Source: the human T2T-CHM13v2.0 reference genome, Homo sapiens. From it: DNA of 64,000 nt. A model generated the notes under the pieces. The model did not search any database. It was not told the DNA's origin and was given only the letters and a program-made list of their open reading frames with translations. Numbering within the stretch: position 1 is the stretch's first letter; each line of letters opens with the position of its first letter. Of this stretch, positions 44,931 through 60,458 are shown piece after piece. The stretch is taken from NCBI RefSeq assembly GCF_009914755.1, contig NC_060926.1; one strand, 5' to 3'. Both the position numbers and the translations under genes were made by a program.

Positions 44931-46075
44931 ATCTCCCTCATTTCTCTTGCGGAGCTCTTGGGACCTGCTGGAGGGAAGCCTGGTGTGATAAGTCCAGGGC
45001 TTGTGGCCACGAGGAATGCAGGAAGCCACCACAGCTTTATCAGTCCTTCAGGTCAGCCGTGGTTTTCTGCTCTAGGGCCTCGCTAATCTGATGAAGAACC
45101 CCAAGATACTGAACCATGTTTTTATCCCTCATGTTTAAGCTCTTTTATTTCTAGGACATTTATAAACAGTGAGCTCTTCTTCCAGACCTTCAGTTTTACT
45201 CCCTGGGAGAAAATTAGGCCATTGGAAACTCTTCATCCACTGCAGAGGCACAGGCTGCAAAAGCCTTAGTGAGCAAGACCCCCTCCCCAGGAGTTACCTT
45301 TAAGTCGCCCATGGGGCCAGGTCAGGGTGACGTTGCCTTAGGAAGGGCGACCCTGGAGCTGCGTCCAGACCAAGGTCGTGATGGGGGAATATTCCACACA
45401 GCTTTTAGGTCTTCTGCCTGAGGGCTGGAAGGCGGGCCCTCAGGTGTCTCTGGAGACCCAGTTGTTACTCTGCTACCAGTGTGGGCAGGGTGAGGAGGTC
45501 AGCGCCTTGTGTTTCCAATGCACTTCCACTGCTTAATAAAAGCCCGAAACTCCTGGGCCAGGCCCATTGAGAAGATAAAAAAAAAATAACAAAAATAAGA
45601 AATTGTTGAGGCACTCTCAGAAGAAGAGCACCCATAGGTTTGCAGAAAGTCCTGTACGTGCCCAAGGGCCAACACCTGCCCTGTCTCCAACTGACCAACA
45701 ACTTCCTCTAACCAGCTGTCAAGGACAGTCTGGCCCTGGGGTCACAGACACCAGAGTATTATTTTGGGGATTGCCACTCACCTGCTGGGGTGACCCAGGG
45801 CAACTTGACCACTGGATCCCATGTAATCTCCAGTTTAAGCATGGACCATCGTGGCTGGTGCTGGGGAACGCTCGGTGTGCCCTGCTCTCTCAGCCTCACA
45901 ACAGCTGTTGTGCAGGGAGAAGGGCAGGTGCAGCCCGCCTTGCGCAGATGAGCAAGCTGAGGCCTGGGAGGGGCCCAGCGTCGGCTGCTCTGATGGGGCC
46001 AGGCCCCTCATACTGAATGCCTTGGCTCCTAATCCCACCCATCTTTCCAAGGGTGGGTGAGGCATGAAGGTATGA

Positions 46076-46516
<441 letters not shown>

Positions 46517-47102
46517 CCCACTTTGGATTCCTATGAAGAGCTTAGAAAGACAAAAACTGAAAAACCCATGGATGGAAAGTCAAGCGGCCGTGGATCAGGC
46601 AATGTTGACTCCTCGTTGGGTTGTTATCCCTTCTTCACACGGCACAAATTTCCTTTGCATCTAAACCCAACTTCTTTAAGACTCTGGCTTATAAATATCT
46701 GCTTTCTCTTAGATTCATGCCAGGCTCAGAGCCTGTCCCGGTGACAGACGCCCAAACACCTTGATGGCTGAGGAAAAGTAGAGCGAGGAGGGCTCTCTGA
46801 AGATGCAAGCGTGTGGGTGGGACAAGTACAGGCAGCAGTGGAGATGAATTCACTTGGGATGGATTCCAAGGTTGTCTACACCTGGAGCAGTCACAGACTT
46901 CAACATATCTTTAAGTGTGGTGCCACCAGTAGCTGAGTTCAGGCCACTCCACGCCCAGCCACTGTTTCTGTTCAGGCCAAGGGAGCTGATGCGGGAACTC
47001 ACCAGCATCGTGGGAAGCAGCTGCTCATTGTCCTTTGTCGCTTCTGAAACGTTCGGCAGCAGCACAGAAGAGACATCACCCCTTAATGCTTTATTTACAT
47101 GA

Positions 47103-47482
<380 letters not shown>

Positions 47483-50400
47483 TGAACACAGACCTTGGCC
47501 GTGGCTGTGGGTCCTGCTCCTCATTTTTCTGCGAGGACATGATACAATCAGGGACTCTTGTGAAACTGCCTGGAAAGGAGCTTGGCTGGGTTGGTGTCAT
47601 CCCGGGAACACCTGCCAGCCACCTTCCCGCTTTGGGTTCCCTGAGGCGCAACCACAGGCCTATGTGTGGGGCGTCGGGGGACTTGAGGCTTCCTTGTGAT
47701 GGTCTCCTGAGGCTGCCACACCCTCTGTCTCTGTGTCACTGGGAGCCCCTGAGCTTTGGGTCTGTAGCTGGGTACTCGGGTGCCGGCACAGCTTGTTCGT
47801 TTAGGGAGAAGACAAGAGGGCAGGCCTTCTGGGTAGGAGGAGGGTTTTTGTTGTTTTGTCTTGTTTGTGGTGGTTATTATACAAAACTCAAACATGTAGA
47901 AGGTCATGTGCCCACTGCCCAGCTCCAACAGCCGCCAGTGTAGACAGGAGTCTTCGGGCGTGAGTGCTGGGGCCAGACATGTGCTTTAGGAAGCTGCCTG
48001 GTGGCGCCTGCAGCCCCCATGCCAGAAGCTGGGCTGGAGGCGAGGAGAGATGGTTGGGTCTGTAGGCTTGTTGAGGTGGGTGAGGGTGAGGACCCAGAAC
48101 AAGGTAGGGGGAAGAGAACAGGGTGGAGAGTTGGGAGAGAGTCTGAAATAGAATCAGTAGGATTTGGTGGCCAGCTGAATGTGGGAGCCGGGGGAGGTGA
48201 AGGGGTTCGGTGATTCCACTGACCATGGGGGATTATAGGGGAAGGAAAGGGTTTAGGACAGGGCAGAAGTCCAACCACAGCCCTCAAAGCCCCGTGCGAC
48301 CTTGTTTTGGGACCTTGCCCACCATGCTCCAGCCCCCTTGGCCATCTCCTGATGCCTTCACTGTACCCGGCGCTGTGCTGCAGGGACTCTGCACATGTGG
48401 TCCCTGCTGCCTGGACCGCCCCAGTCCTCACACCTCACTTCCGGAAGCCCCTGTCACCTTGGGTCTCAGCTCCAGCAGTACTTCCATCGGGAGAGCCACC
48501 GACTCTTGCTCTGACTCTTGTTTCCTTATTAACTAATCACAACATGCAATTGTTTTGCCTATTTGATTATTTTCATGTTTATTTTCAGTTTGCCTCAACA
48601 GAACGTAAGCCCAAGCAGGCCCGTACCGAGAACTCAATAGACACAAGCATGGGAGGAATGAGGGACTCCGGAGGCAAACGTTGGTGGAGGCGCTTGGACG
48701 AGGCACTGCAGCCAGCAGCGAGCCAGGGAAGGCTCCGAGCAGAAGAGGGGCCTGAGGGAAGGCACACAGGGGCGCTCAGAGGGAGCCCAGAGTCAGACAC
48801 AGGAAAAAACCAGCTCAGCCCAGCCTTCTGTTATTCAACCCCTCCATGCTCTGTGGGAAGAGGGTACACAGAATCCCTGAATTCAGTCATTAATAGCAGA
48901 TGCAGAGACCTTTCTAACTTGGAGGCTTAGATGTCAAATACATGGTTTTAACGAAAGTGAAGTCAATTAGTATGTTCTTGTGTCTTACTCAACTTGTGTG
49001 TGCGCAAGCTTGTGTTATTAACCTGTTGAGAAAGCCACAGGCGCTGAAGAACCAGAGAAGCGCCGGGGCTCCCAGGGGCTCTCTTTGGAGCCTTCAGTGC
49101 CCTGGACAGTGAAACAGCCTCCATCTCTTTCACAGTTGGTGCTGTACTAGGCGGTTCAATGGTGTGCACATCCATTGAAGGTCTCCTCCACGCCGGAAAA
49201 TGATGCACATCTGTGTGCAGCAGTCACTTCAGAAATGCTTTCAGGAAGTCCTGCTTTGTGCAGAAACCTTCCCCAGCTCCCAAGCTGTTACAGCATCTGG
49301 TGGCAGCTCCCCTCCTTAACCTAGGAGGCCTGCCCCACCCACCTCCTCTGGCTCGTGCCCATTACGTGCTTGTGTCTCCGCCATACCCTTGCTGGTGGCC
49401 TAGAATGTCGTTCATCTCCAGCAACTTCTCCTTCGAAGCTGCCCTCCAGGCCTTGCATGTGCCCTGCCTGTTCCCCGGGCCTCCCTGCCTGCCCCAAAGG
49501 CCTCTGACTCCTCTGGACACCCAAGTTGCCTGGGTCCTTCATCATGTGAGTCTTGCCTTGGCTACCATTGTTTCTCTTGTATCTGTCTTGAGTTCCCAAC
49601 ATGAAGCTCTTTGAAAGAAGGTATCATTGTTTTCACCACATCTTCTGGGTTCTAGCTCAAGTGTAGACCTTCAAAAATGTATGTAGGTTGGCTGACTGAC
49701 TGATAAGGTTAGCGGGGGATTGATAAAGTGCTATTCTATACCAGGCTTTAAAAAAATGCCAATCTAATTCCAGAGATGGCTAGAACCAAAAGGTGACTAG
49801 AAAGGCCTGGCGACCACAGCAGTAGGTGCAAATGTGCTGGGCTTTGGGCAACTGTGATGTGCTCTTGACCATCTCTTACTCTTTCTTTTCTCCCAGCCAT
49901 GAAACTGAGGGGGCCCCCATGCTCTCTGCCCCTTAGAGGATATGGTGAGGGAAAATGAGGTGCTATAACCATGTATAGGTCTTGCTTGGAAGCTGTGATT
50001 CTTATCAGGCTTGTTAGCGTCTCAGAGGAGAGGCTTCCCAACCAGGCCTCCCATCCCCTTCGCACAGATACTGTCTGTGTGCATGCCTCTTGTGACGCCT
50101 GCGGGGACGCACACCCATGCCAGGCAGTCAGGGATCCTGCTCCTGTTTCCTCAGAGGGTGAGCAGTTCCATCCACCGCTTCTTGCTTTGTCAAATGGGTA
50201 ATCCTGGCAGCTGCCAGGCTCATTGCTATTTGCAACTCTACCTGTTGGTTAGCTCCAGGTGGATTGCCCAGACCGGGCCACCCTGTTACTGCTGGCTTTG
50301 GGCCACTGGGATCTCTCAGCTACTGTCACTCCCCAGATGTTAATGTCTGCCTGAAATCCCAGGGCAGGAAGGGACCCAAAAGGTCATCTAGTTCTCCCTC

Positions 50401-51337
50401 CTGCCTTGAAGTGAGACCACACCTAAGCTGATCCAGACAGCCGAGGGTCAGGCCTGGTGGTAAAACCTGCAGAGAAGCCTCCCCCGGGTAACTTGTTCCA
50501 GGCCCCTCCATCGGGAGGCACTGACACTTTCTCACTTCAGATCTGGTTGCTGCTCATTCCCGAGGGGTTTTGGATGCCCCTCTTGAACATCTGCTGGTGT
50601 GTTGGGGGAAATAGGAGCCTGCCATCCTCGCTGCAAGGGTGGAGTGAGCCAAGAATGGAGAGTGTGAGTGTGTGTGTGGGGCTTTCGGGAGGTCTTGCTC
50701 CCTGTCTGCCAGGGGCCTGACACTCCAGGGGCAGCCCCGACTGGGAAGTGCCCCAGCCCTGCTGGTGGACAGTGAGTCCAGTCCAGAATCCTACTGAGCC
50801 CAGCCTCTTGTTCTGGAAGAAATGAAGTTTCAGTAGGAAAGAAATGAGGGCAGAGCAGGAGGAGTGAATCCGTCAGAACTTACATCTCTTCACTCATTCA
50901 GCAAATTCTTGCTGGCCCCCGCTACATGCTGCTTGGGGATAGGGGAGAAATGAGAACTGGAGGGTGTCCAGGTTGCTTTGGCTGTCGGAGAGAGGTCCCA
51001 GCCCAAGGTTGTAGGGCACCGGGAGAGCCTGCACAGTCTTGTGCTGTCGGCAGGGGTGTGGGGGGTTGAACATATTTGCAGAGCCCCACCTGCCTGCTCT
51101 GGCTCTCTGGAATGGCTCCGCTGTGTTGGGAACAGCTGGTCTTCGCTGCACTTTCCTATCCAGGCCATCCCACAGCCACCATGGCCTGCAGTGGAGCAGG
51201 CACCCAGTAAAGACAGGTGATGGTTCTTAGAACCTGCTGTACACCATCCCACCCCTGACCCAAGTGAGGCTGCCGGGGGCACATGCAGCTCCAGGCACTC
51301 AGCCTACATCATCTCCCCTGACCCTGCCGGCACCTCT

Positions 51338-51728
51338 GCTGTGAACCATGTCCCCTCGAAACTCATATGTCCAAGCCTGAACTCCCAGCACTTCAGAAGG
51401 TGACTGTATTTGGAGATTTGGAGATAGGGCTTCTAAAGAGATAATCAAAGTAAAAAGAGGTCATATGGTTGGGCCCTAATCCAGTGTGACTGGTGTCCTT
51501 ATAAGAAGAGGAGATTAAGACACAGACACACACAAAGGGAAGACCGTGTGAAGACACAGGGAGAGGACGGCCACCTGCAAGCCCAGGAGAGAGGCTGCAG
51601 GAGACATCAACCGTGCCGACACCTTGATCTTGGACTTCCAGCCTCCAGAACTGTGAGAAAATAAATCTTGTTGTTTGAGCCATCCCGTCTGTGCTACTTT
51701 GTAAGGGCAGCCCTAGCAAACTAACACA
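51338..51728 (+). mobile_element. MLT1B-like MaLR solo LTR
   Basis: gtgactgtatttggagat...gggccctaatccagtgtgactggtgtccttataagaagagga...ttggacttccagcctccagaactgtgagaaaataaa...agccctagcaaactaacaca. Confidence 0.88.
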
Positions 51729-54456
51729 GCTTCCGCGGAGCGGGATGTCATCCCCATCTAACAGATGAGGTCTGTAGCGCTGCCAGATGCCACACAAGGA
51801 ATGCCGGGCCAGTTCCTAAACCTCCCTGAGCCTCTGTTTCCTCATCTGCAAAGAGGGATTAATGATAATTTTGTGGTAAGGATTCAGTGAGATAGGACAC
51901 AATGCATGTTTGTTCCCCACGCATGCCTCGGCCTGATTTGATTAAGAAGCCCATGGGCCTGGGGCAGAGGCTAGCTGTGAGTTCTGCATGTGGTTGACAG
52001 CTGGTGTTGATGAATGGTATGTTAAAAATAAAACCCAAACCAAAAAGCCTTTTGCACTCTATGGAGAACCTGAAATCGGAAGCGCTCAGTTTCATTAGTT
52101 GGCAGACGTCTCTGACTTGTGAACCTGACCGGGCACCCTGGGACTCCCTATGTCAAAGTCTTCCTACGGCAGCCTCCAGCGAGGTGGGGGAGGGTGAGAG
52201 GGCGCGTCTTCCAGGCACTGTCTGCCTGACTTGACCCTGGTAAAGTGTACACGGGAACAGAGCCCTAGGGACCAAGCCCTCAAGCCCAGGGGCAGAGCTA
52301 GCTGCCCGCCTGTAGGCACCATTGGTGCAGTGTCAACCCAGTGGATGTTCCCTGTTAAGCCTGTGCCCTGCTCAGCTCAGCTCGGCTGTGGGAGTCAGCT
52401 TCCGTCTGCCTGGAGACACCCGAGGGTGCAGAGCAGCACGTGCAGATATGTTCCTGGGGGCGGGTACCACTTTCTCTTTTATTTGGAAGTTGTCTTTCAC
52501 AATGAAACAGCCTTTAAGCCACATAACCTTTTTCCATCCCTGAACCTGGAGGGGCCATCGAAATCCTCAATGTCACTCTGGGGGAAGCTGATTCTGGGAG
52601 GGACCCAAGGGGGAGGGCAGGCAGGGGCCCTTCTTTGGGTTGGTCCAGAGACCTACTCTGTACCACTCAATTATATTTTAAAATCTATCTGTACGCTTTC
52701 ACACCACAAGTCCTAAAGCATCTTTAATTAGGACCCACACACAGATACACACACCCAGCTCAACAATGATAGAAAACGCCAAATTCCAGTTGACAAGGAG
52801 CCAGAAGCCCAGCCTTTCCTCTGGCTAAACAGAGGGACCCATTATGCTGGAATATTATTTTCTCATGGTTTGGAACCATTACATCAGCCTTGACGTAATA
52901 ACATTGTTTAACTTCAGAGGTGTATTTATTTTGGTTTGGAGTTCAGATAGTTTAGCCGTTAGCTGGGGATTGAGCAAAACCCAGACAAAGCCACTAAAGT
53001 TTGAAATGAACCATTCTGCCGTTCCCCTTCTCTGCTCCCCAGAATAAATATTCTTCAGATGTAGTTTCATCTCACAGCAAAGGTGGTGACCTGGCTGCTG
53101 ATAAATTTTGGAGGCAATTTTTTTTCCCCTCTGGTGGTTGGCCAACATGATGATGACCAGCTGGGCACTGAGTGGGTAATCAAGCCCCAAACCCAGTAAG
53201 GACTTGGGAATTCCACCAGCAGCTTCTCTGAAGATAGCCTGTGATCTTTCCACGGTTCCTCCATAAGCCCAGCTCTTCTCCTTAAATAACTCGCTACAGG
53301 TGGCGCTTTGATCGGTCACCGTGGGGACACAGGGGATGGCTCTTGTTAGCGGCTGAGCCCAGAGGGCCAGGTCTCCAGACAGGAGCTCTTAAGAGCCCCA
53401 GAGAGTAACTGGAGGCTTCTAATTGTTTCCTCTGAGCCCAATCCTTGGAATGGGTGGAAAAAACTCTGGTATCTGGGCTGTGATATCCTCTGTGCTGGAG
53501 TGCAAGTGACAGGAACTGTGAAATGACCACTGAGGCCGGGTGGTGGAGGCGTGGGAGCCCCAGGGCTTGTTGGTTGGGGAGCCCTCCCAACTGCATGTTC
53601 CTTCTAGCTCCATGCATTTCTGTCCCACCCTCCACAGCAACACCACCATGGGGAAGAGTTTCCTGGCAGGTCCACTTGCTCATCAGCCATTCTTTCCGAG
53701 GCCTTCTTCCCCCACTCTACTGTGATAGCTCTTGGCTCTTATCAGGGTCCCTACCAATCTCCACGTGGCCACGTCCCGGGTGCATTCCTGTTCTCATGGT
53801 ACTCCATGCTCGCAGCATTTGGCACTCGGCCCTCGTTCCCTCTCCACCATGCTGGCCCGTTTTCCTCCTCCTTTGCTGGCTCTCTGGCCTTCAAAGGCCA
53901 AAGTGCCCCAGGGTTCCTCCTTGGCCCTCTTCTCTTCATCAACACCCTCTCACTGAGCGAACTCATCTGGCCCCTGGGTTTCAATACCAGACAGTTACTG
54001 GTGGCTCCCCAAACGGTATGACCTCTGCCCTGAATCCCAAACTTCCCCATCCAACTACCTCTTCAGCAGTTGCCCTTGGCACCTAACAGGCCTCTCGAAA
54101 GCAATATACCCAAGCAGAACTTTCACTGTCCTAGGTCTCTCCCCATCCCTTCCTGCCCCGTGAATGGCATCCTCCTCCTGGCTCAGCCCCATAACCTGGG
54201 ATCCATCTTCTTGTGTCTTTCCTTCATATCCACACCCAATCTTTCAGCCAGGTCTGTCAGCTGAGGCAAATCCAGCCACTTCTCACCACCTCCACGCTGA
54301 AGCGCTAGCCCAGCCACCCTCATCTCTCACTTGGATTATTGCAACAGCACCTAACTCATCTCCCTGCTTCCACTCCTCCCGGCTCTAGTTCCCCCTCCAT
54401 CTGTAGCCATAGCGGTCTTCTCACCTGGTAAATCAAATCATAGCAGCACTTTTTAA

Positions 54457-54833
<377 letters not shown>

Positions 54834-55457
54834 TAACCTAGGGGTGGCCAATGAGATGAAAGCAGAGCTGTTGAGTGAGACTTCTGGTATTGTCCTTTCA
54901 AGGGAGCTGGCTCAGCTGGGAGAATGCAAAATTTTTCCTGTTCCATGCTTTCCTCTTTTCTACTGCTTAGAATACAGATGTGATGGATGGTGCTCCAGCA
55001 GCCATCTTGTGATATAAAGCAACCTTGACGATGAAAACTTCATAAGAGAGATAGATGAAGCAGAGCTGCCAGATGACCACAGAGTCATCATACCAGGCTT
55101 GGAATTCCTAATTCTGAACTTCTCTGATGTAAGAAATATCTTGTGTTAGCCACTGATTGAGGCTGATTGAATCTAATCCTAAGAAGTAAAACCTGCAAAG
55201 CTTGAAGTAATCTGGCCTCGACCTCTCTAATTTCCTTCAACCACTCTATTCTAGCTTTGCCATGTATCATGCATGCTGGTTTTCTCTCAATGCTCCTTGA
55301 ACATTCTAAGCTTAGTCCCATCTTGAAGCTCTTCCCCCAGATCTCTGTGACTTCTTCTTTTGTATCTTTTGACCTTTTCAGAGAAGCCTTTCCTGACTTA
55401 TGTAGCCCCTAACCAGTCTGCTTCTCCTTAAGCTCCTTTAACAAATTTCATAGCACT

Positions 55458-55763
<306 letters not shown>

Positions 55764-56361
55764 TCACTCTTTGAGATTACTTTGTAAAACATGCTTATTG
55801 TCTGTTTCCCCCCTTAGATTGTAAGTTTCATGAGGACAGAGGTTTTGACTGTCTTGTTCACTGCTTTATCTCCTAGGCTTTGCATATGATACGTGTTTAG
55901 TAAGTTATTTGTTAAATGAATGTGTGGAATGAGATGACTTTTCAGAAGTTTCTGAAAAAAACTGGTCTTGGGTGTGGCCACACATCACAGAATCCCTTCT
56001 GCTGTATTTGAAAATAGCCCAGCAAACACTTGTGGCTCACCCATGACTTGCTGGGCCTGCTGCAGCACTGGGATGTAAAGATAGAGTAGCTCCTTGTCTG
56101 AGCTCTGGAAGCTCAGAGTGGACAAGAGCGTGTGTAGATAGAAGACTGAGGTACCAAAATACAGGAACACTGCGGCCAGCCTCAGGAGGCTTCAGTAGAG
56201 ACTTAGAAGGCAGAATCCTAGGGGCTTGTCATTGTCTGGATGAGGAAGAAAGGGAGAAGGGAGAATGGAGAGTGGCAAGTGTCTGGCATCAGGGCCACAT
56301 TTCAACAGGCATGTGTGACATTAGAGGGCATGACAGAGAATGCAGCACATCTGGACAGTAA

Positions 56362-56660
<299 letters not shown>

Positions 56661-56902
56661 CTAGACAGTAAAGTATTGAAGTGCTGTGCTGGAGCTCTAT
56701 GCAGGCTACCAAAAAGGCACAGAGGACCACCTGGCAGGTTCTGTGGTTTTAATAGAGTCAGGGGCTGATTAGGAGAAGCTCTGGGGAGGCAGTGATGCTG
56801 GAGGCAAGCTGTCAAGTGTCTTCCTCACAGACAAGGCTCAGGGGAAGGAGCTGCAGACTGAGCAAATAGTAGAAGTAAAGATATGAATGGGCGAGGTATG
56901 TA

Positions 56903-57002
56903 GCATGACCTGGTTTGTCTGGGACTGTCCTGATTTCACCACAGAAAGTCCTATGGCCCAGGAAAACCCTTCATCCCAGGCAAGCTGGGAAGATTGGTCA
57001 TT
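56903..57002. mobile_element. MER81 (hAT-Blackjack MITE)
   Basis: ctggtttgtctgggactgtcctgattt...aaagtcc...tcccaggcaagctggga...ttggtca. Confidence 0.7.
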
Positions 57003-58371
57003 TTAGAGACCCGGGGTCTGTTAGGTCCATTGGAGTAGCTTTCAGTGGCTGGAGAAGAGAGAGTCAGTGCGTGAGTTGCGGGGGAGGAGGAAGGGGCTAC
57101 TTCCTGGGAAGCTGGAGGCAGTAGGGGCTGGATAAAAAGCCTCCTAGGCAGCAGAAGGAATTAGATCTTTTTCCTGAATAGGGGAGAATCACTGAAAAAT
57201 ATTGCAAGATAGGAGTGAGGCAGTAAAGAAATGAATGACATCTCCATTGGAGAATGGTTCTTCCTACTGTAACATAACATAGAGCTGCAGCTCATCAGTC
57301 TGTGTGTTTTATGGGCCAGGCTCGGCTGCCACCACTTTTCTCCCAAAGCAGCACACCCCATACCCAGGGCAGACCGGGCATAGGCACCTGCTTGAGGAAA
57401 TGGCTCCAGTGTTTGCCCGGCTCTGGCATCATCGGTCAGAAGCCAGTTACATCAACCATCCCTTAGCTCCCACTTTTGGGGGCTTCCCAGCTGAAGAGTC
57501 TCGCAGCTCTGGGCTCCCTGTGGACCTGAATCAGGAGGGCAGACCACGCCCTTATGCATCCCCAGCGTCTTCCCTGTTCTGGTCACTTTTTACACTCAGA
57601 GACCACCCACCTCCTGCCCTCTCTTGCATACTGTCACCTGCAGTGCCCTCTCCTGCCTCCTTCAGAGCCCACGCTGCTGTGCCTGGACTCCCTGCCACCC
57701 CCTGGCTGCAGGACACCACCTGTCCTCGTTTCCTTCCACCTCCCTGACTGCCCCTTTCTGTTTCTCATCTTCGTTTTCTCCTGCTTCCCAGCTCCCATCT
57801 CAACCCTATGCCTCTTGACTCAGTTACCATTAGGTCTGGCTGCACATAGTGGAAAATCCCAAATAGCGGCGGCTTAAGTGCCCAAGGTTCTCTTCTGTCC
57901 CACAAACGCAGAGCAGAGGAAGCAGCTCAGGGCTGGTGTGGCGGCACTGCGAAGTCACCACGACCCCGCGAACTCACCACGACCCCAGTCTGGCCTTTAG
58001 GAATCTGCTGTCTGGAAGGCCCTGGCCAGACCCTGTTCCCCGACCCTGACTGGCTGGGCCCTACTTCCTCCAGGGTGGCTCCAGCCCCCAGCGCAGGCCC
58101 AGGCAGCTCTCCCACAAGCTCCCGTTGGCCCTCCATCTCCTGCAAGCTCCACTGTGCCAGGGCCTGTCCTGCTCATTTGCTCCCTCCGTACTGCCTTCTG
58201 CGGGGCCTAGTGCTTGCTGCCAAGGTGTCTGCCCTCCCTGCTAATTGATCTGAAGTCAGGACAGTGCCGTAGCCCAGTCATTGCCTGGTACAGTGTTCTG
58301 TTCCTACTAGGTCCTCTGCGTACATGTGGAATGAATACAAGAACCTTTTTGAACAATAGTTGGAGGCATCA

Positions 58372-58766
<395 letters not shown>

Positions 58767-60141
58767 CTAGTTATCACCAATGTGTGCAAGATTGGTGAGT
58801 GTGTCTGACAGTGTTCATAGATTTAATTACAAAAAGATTCATGGTTAGCTGAGCTCAGGTAAATAACAGTTTGACTACATTATGTACAGATACAAATGAT
58901 GTCCTAAAGAGGTTGTGTAATAATGCACGTGACACCTCTTTTGACCAGTGTTACTTAATGTCAGTTGATGAGTGTTTCAGTATTTCTATGCCTGGCAGGT
59001 TCTTCTTTTTATTTCTAACTAAGTGTCTTGCTCTGTGCTGTTATTTCTGAATCAGTAGGAAGTTGTAGGGGTATGAGAAACATTAGACACCCTAAGGGAG
59101 ATGAAGGTCAAATGAAATTTTAATGTTTTGTATTTCTTCATCCTAAAGATGCTATCTATTTATCTGGTCTATCTTTACATCTTTCTTTTTTCTTCTTGTT
59201 TGGAAAGGTGTCAAAGGGCACATCCTCCAATCCCTGGCTTGAGACCAGTTTGCGTGACAGGCCCTGCTGACAGGTGGAGGGTTGAGGACAGTGCCTGGTG
59301 GCTTGGGCTCTGCTCACTGTTCTACTGGCATCACGAATGCATGTGGCTCGACTCTGGGAATCTTGGAGCAACGCAGACGGCAAGTTCACAATAGGTGTTT
59401 GCCCTTCAATAGGCCAGAACTAAAACTTTATCCCCTTCACAGTGGGGCCTCCTAATTAGATATAAATAAATCCATCAAGCAAAAATCAAATCCTTCCCTT
59501 TCCATTCATTTTTTTTTCCTTTGGCATTTCAACCCATAATCTAATATATGGGGAAGAGAAGGCACTGTAGAGGTTGAATGACCTGGGCTAGGGAGGTAGG
59601 TGAGAAATGCCTCCTTTCTCAGACCAGCACCTGACTCGCAGTTTGGGGGCCTGGGTGGGGAAGGAGGAGGAAAGACAGGGAGCATGGTGTGAACCAGGAG
59701 CCTGCCCAGTGCCCAGACCAAAAGGGAAGGGGCTGAACATTGAGAGGACTTGAAATTAACAGAGCTTTACCAGCCAGTCAATAGGTCCTGGCTGCAGGAA
59801 GCTGAAGCTGCTAATGGCTCTGTTTTTTTCTCCTTCTACAGCCACGGTGGTTCCCCCTGTGGAGTTCCCTTCAATGCGAGACAGAGACCATTTTACTGAC
59901 TGCGAAAATTCAATTAGAGTCTTATGTCAGGGTGGGGAGAACTTATGCGAAGCCCAACATTCTGGTGGCTCTCTTTTTGATCTGCTTTACCGTGGTACCT
60001 TCACAGGAAGTGAGTTCCATGAATACGGAACATATGGGTGCAGCTGGAGGGGGTGTGGGCTGTTGGAGACAGAGGTTCCTCAGTTTTCATATACATGAAA
60101 TGATTGATGAGTTTCTTGCTTCTGTTTAGAAAGCAAAAAAG

Positions 60142-60458
<317 letters not shown>

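Noticed and set aside
48307-48930. 207-aa ORF
   Set aside because: It has no recognisable homology, overlaps apparently L2-like remnants and has chance-like composition.
53523-54086. 187-aa ORF
   Set aside because: It lies in a decayed L2 and shows no intact RT motifs.
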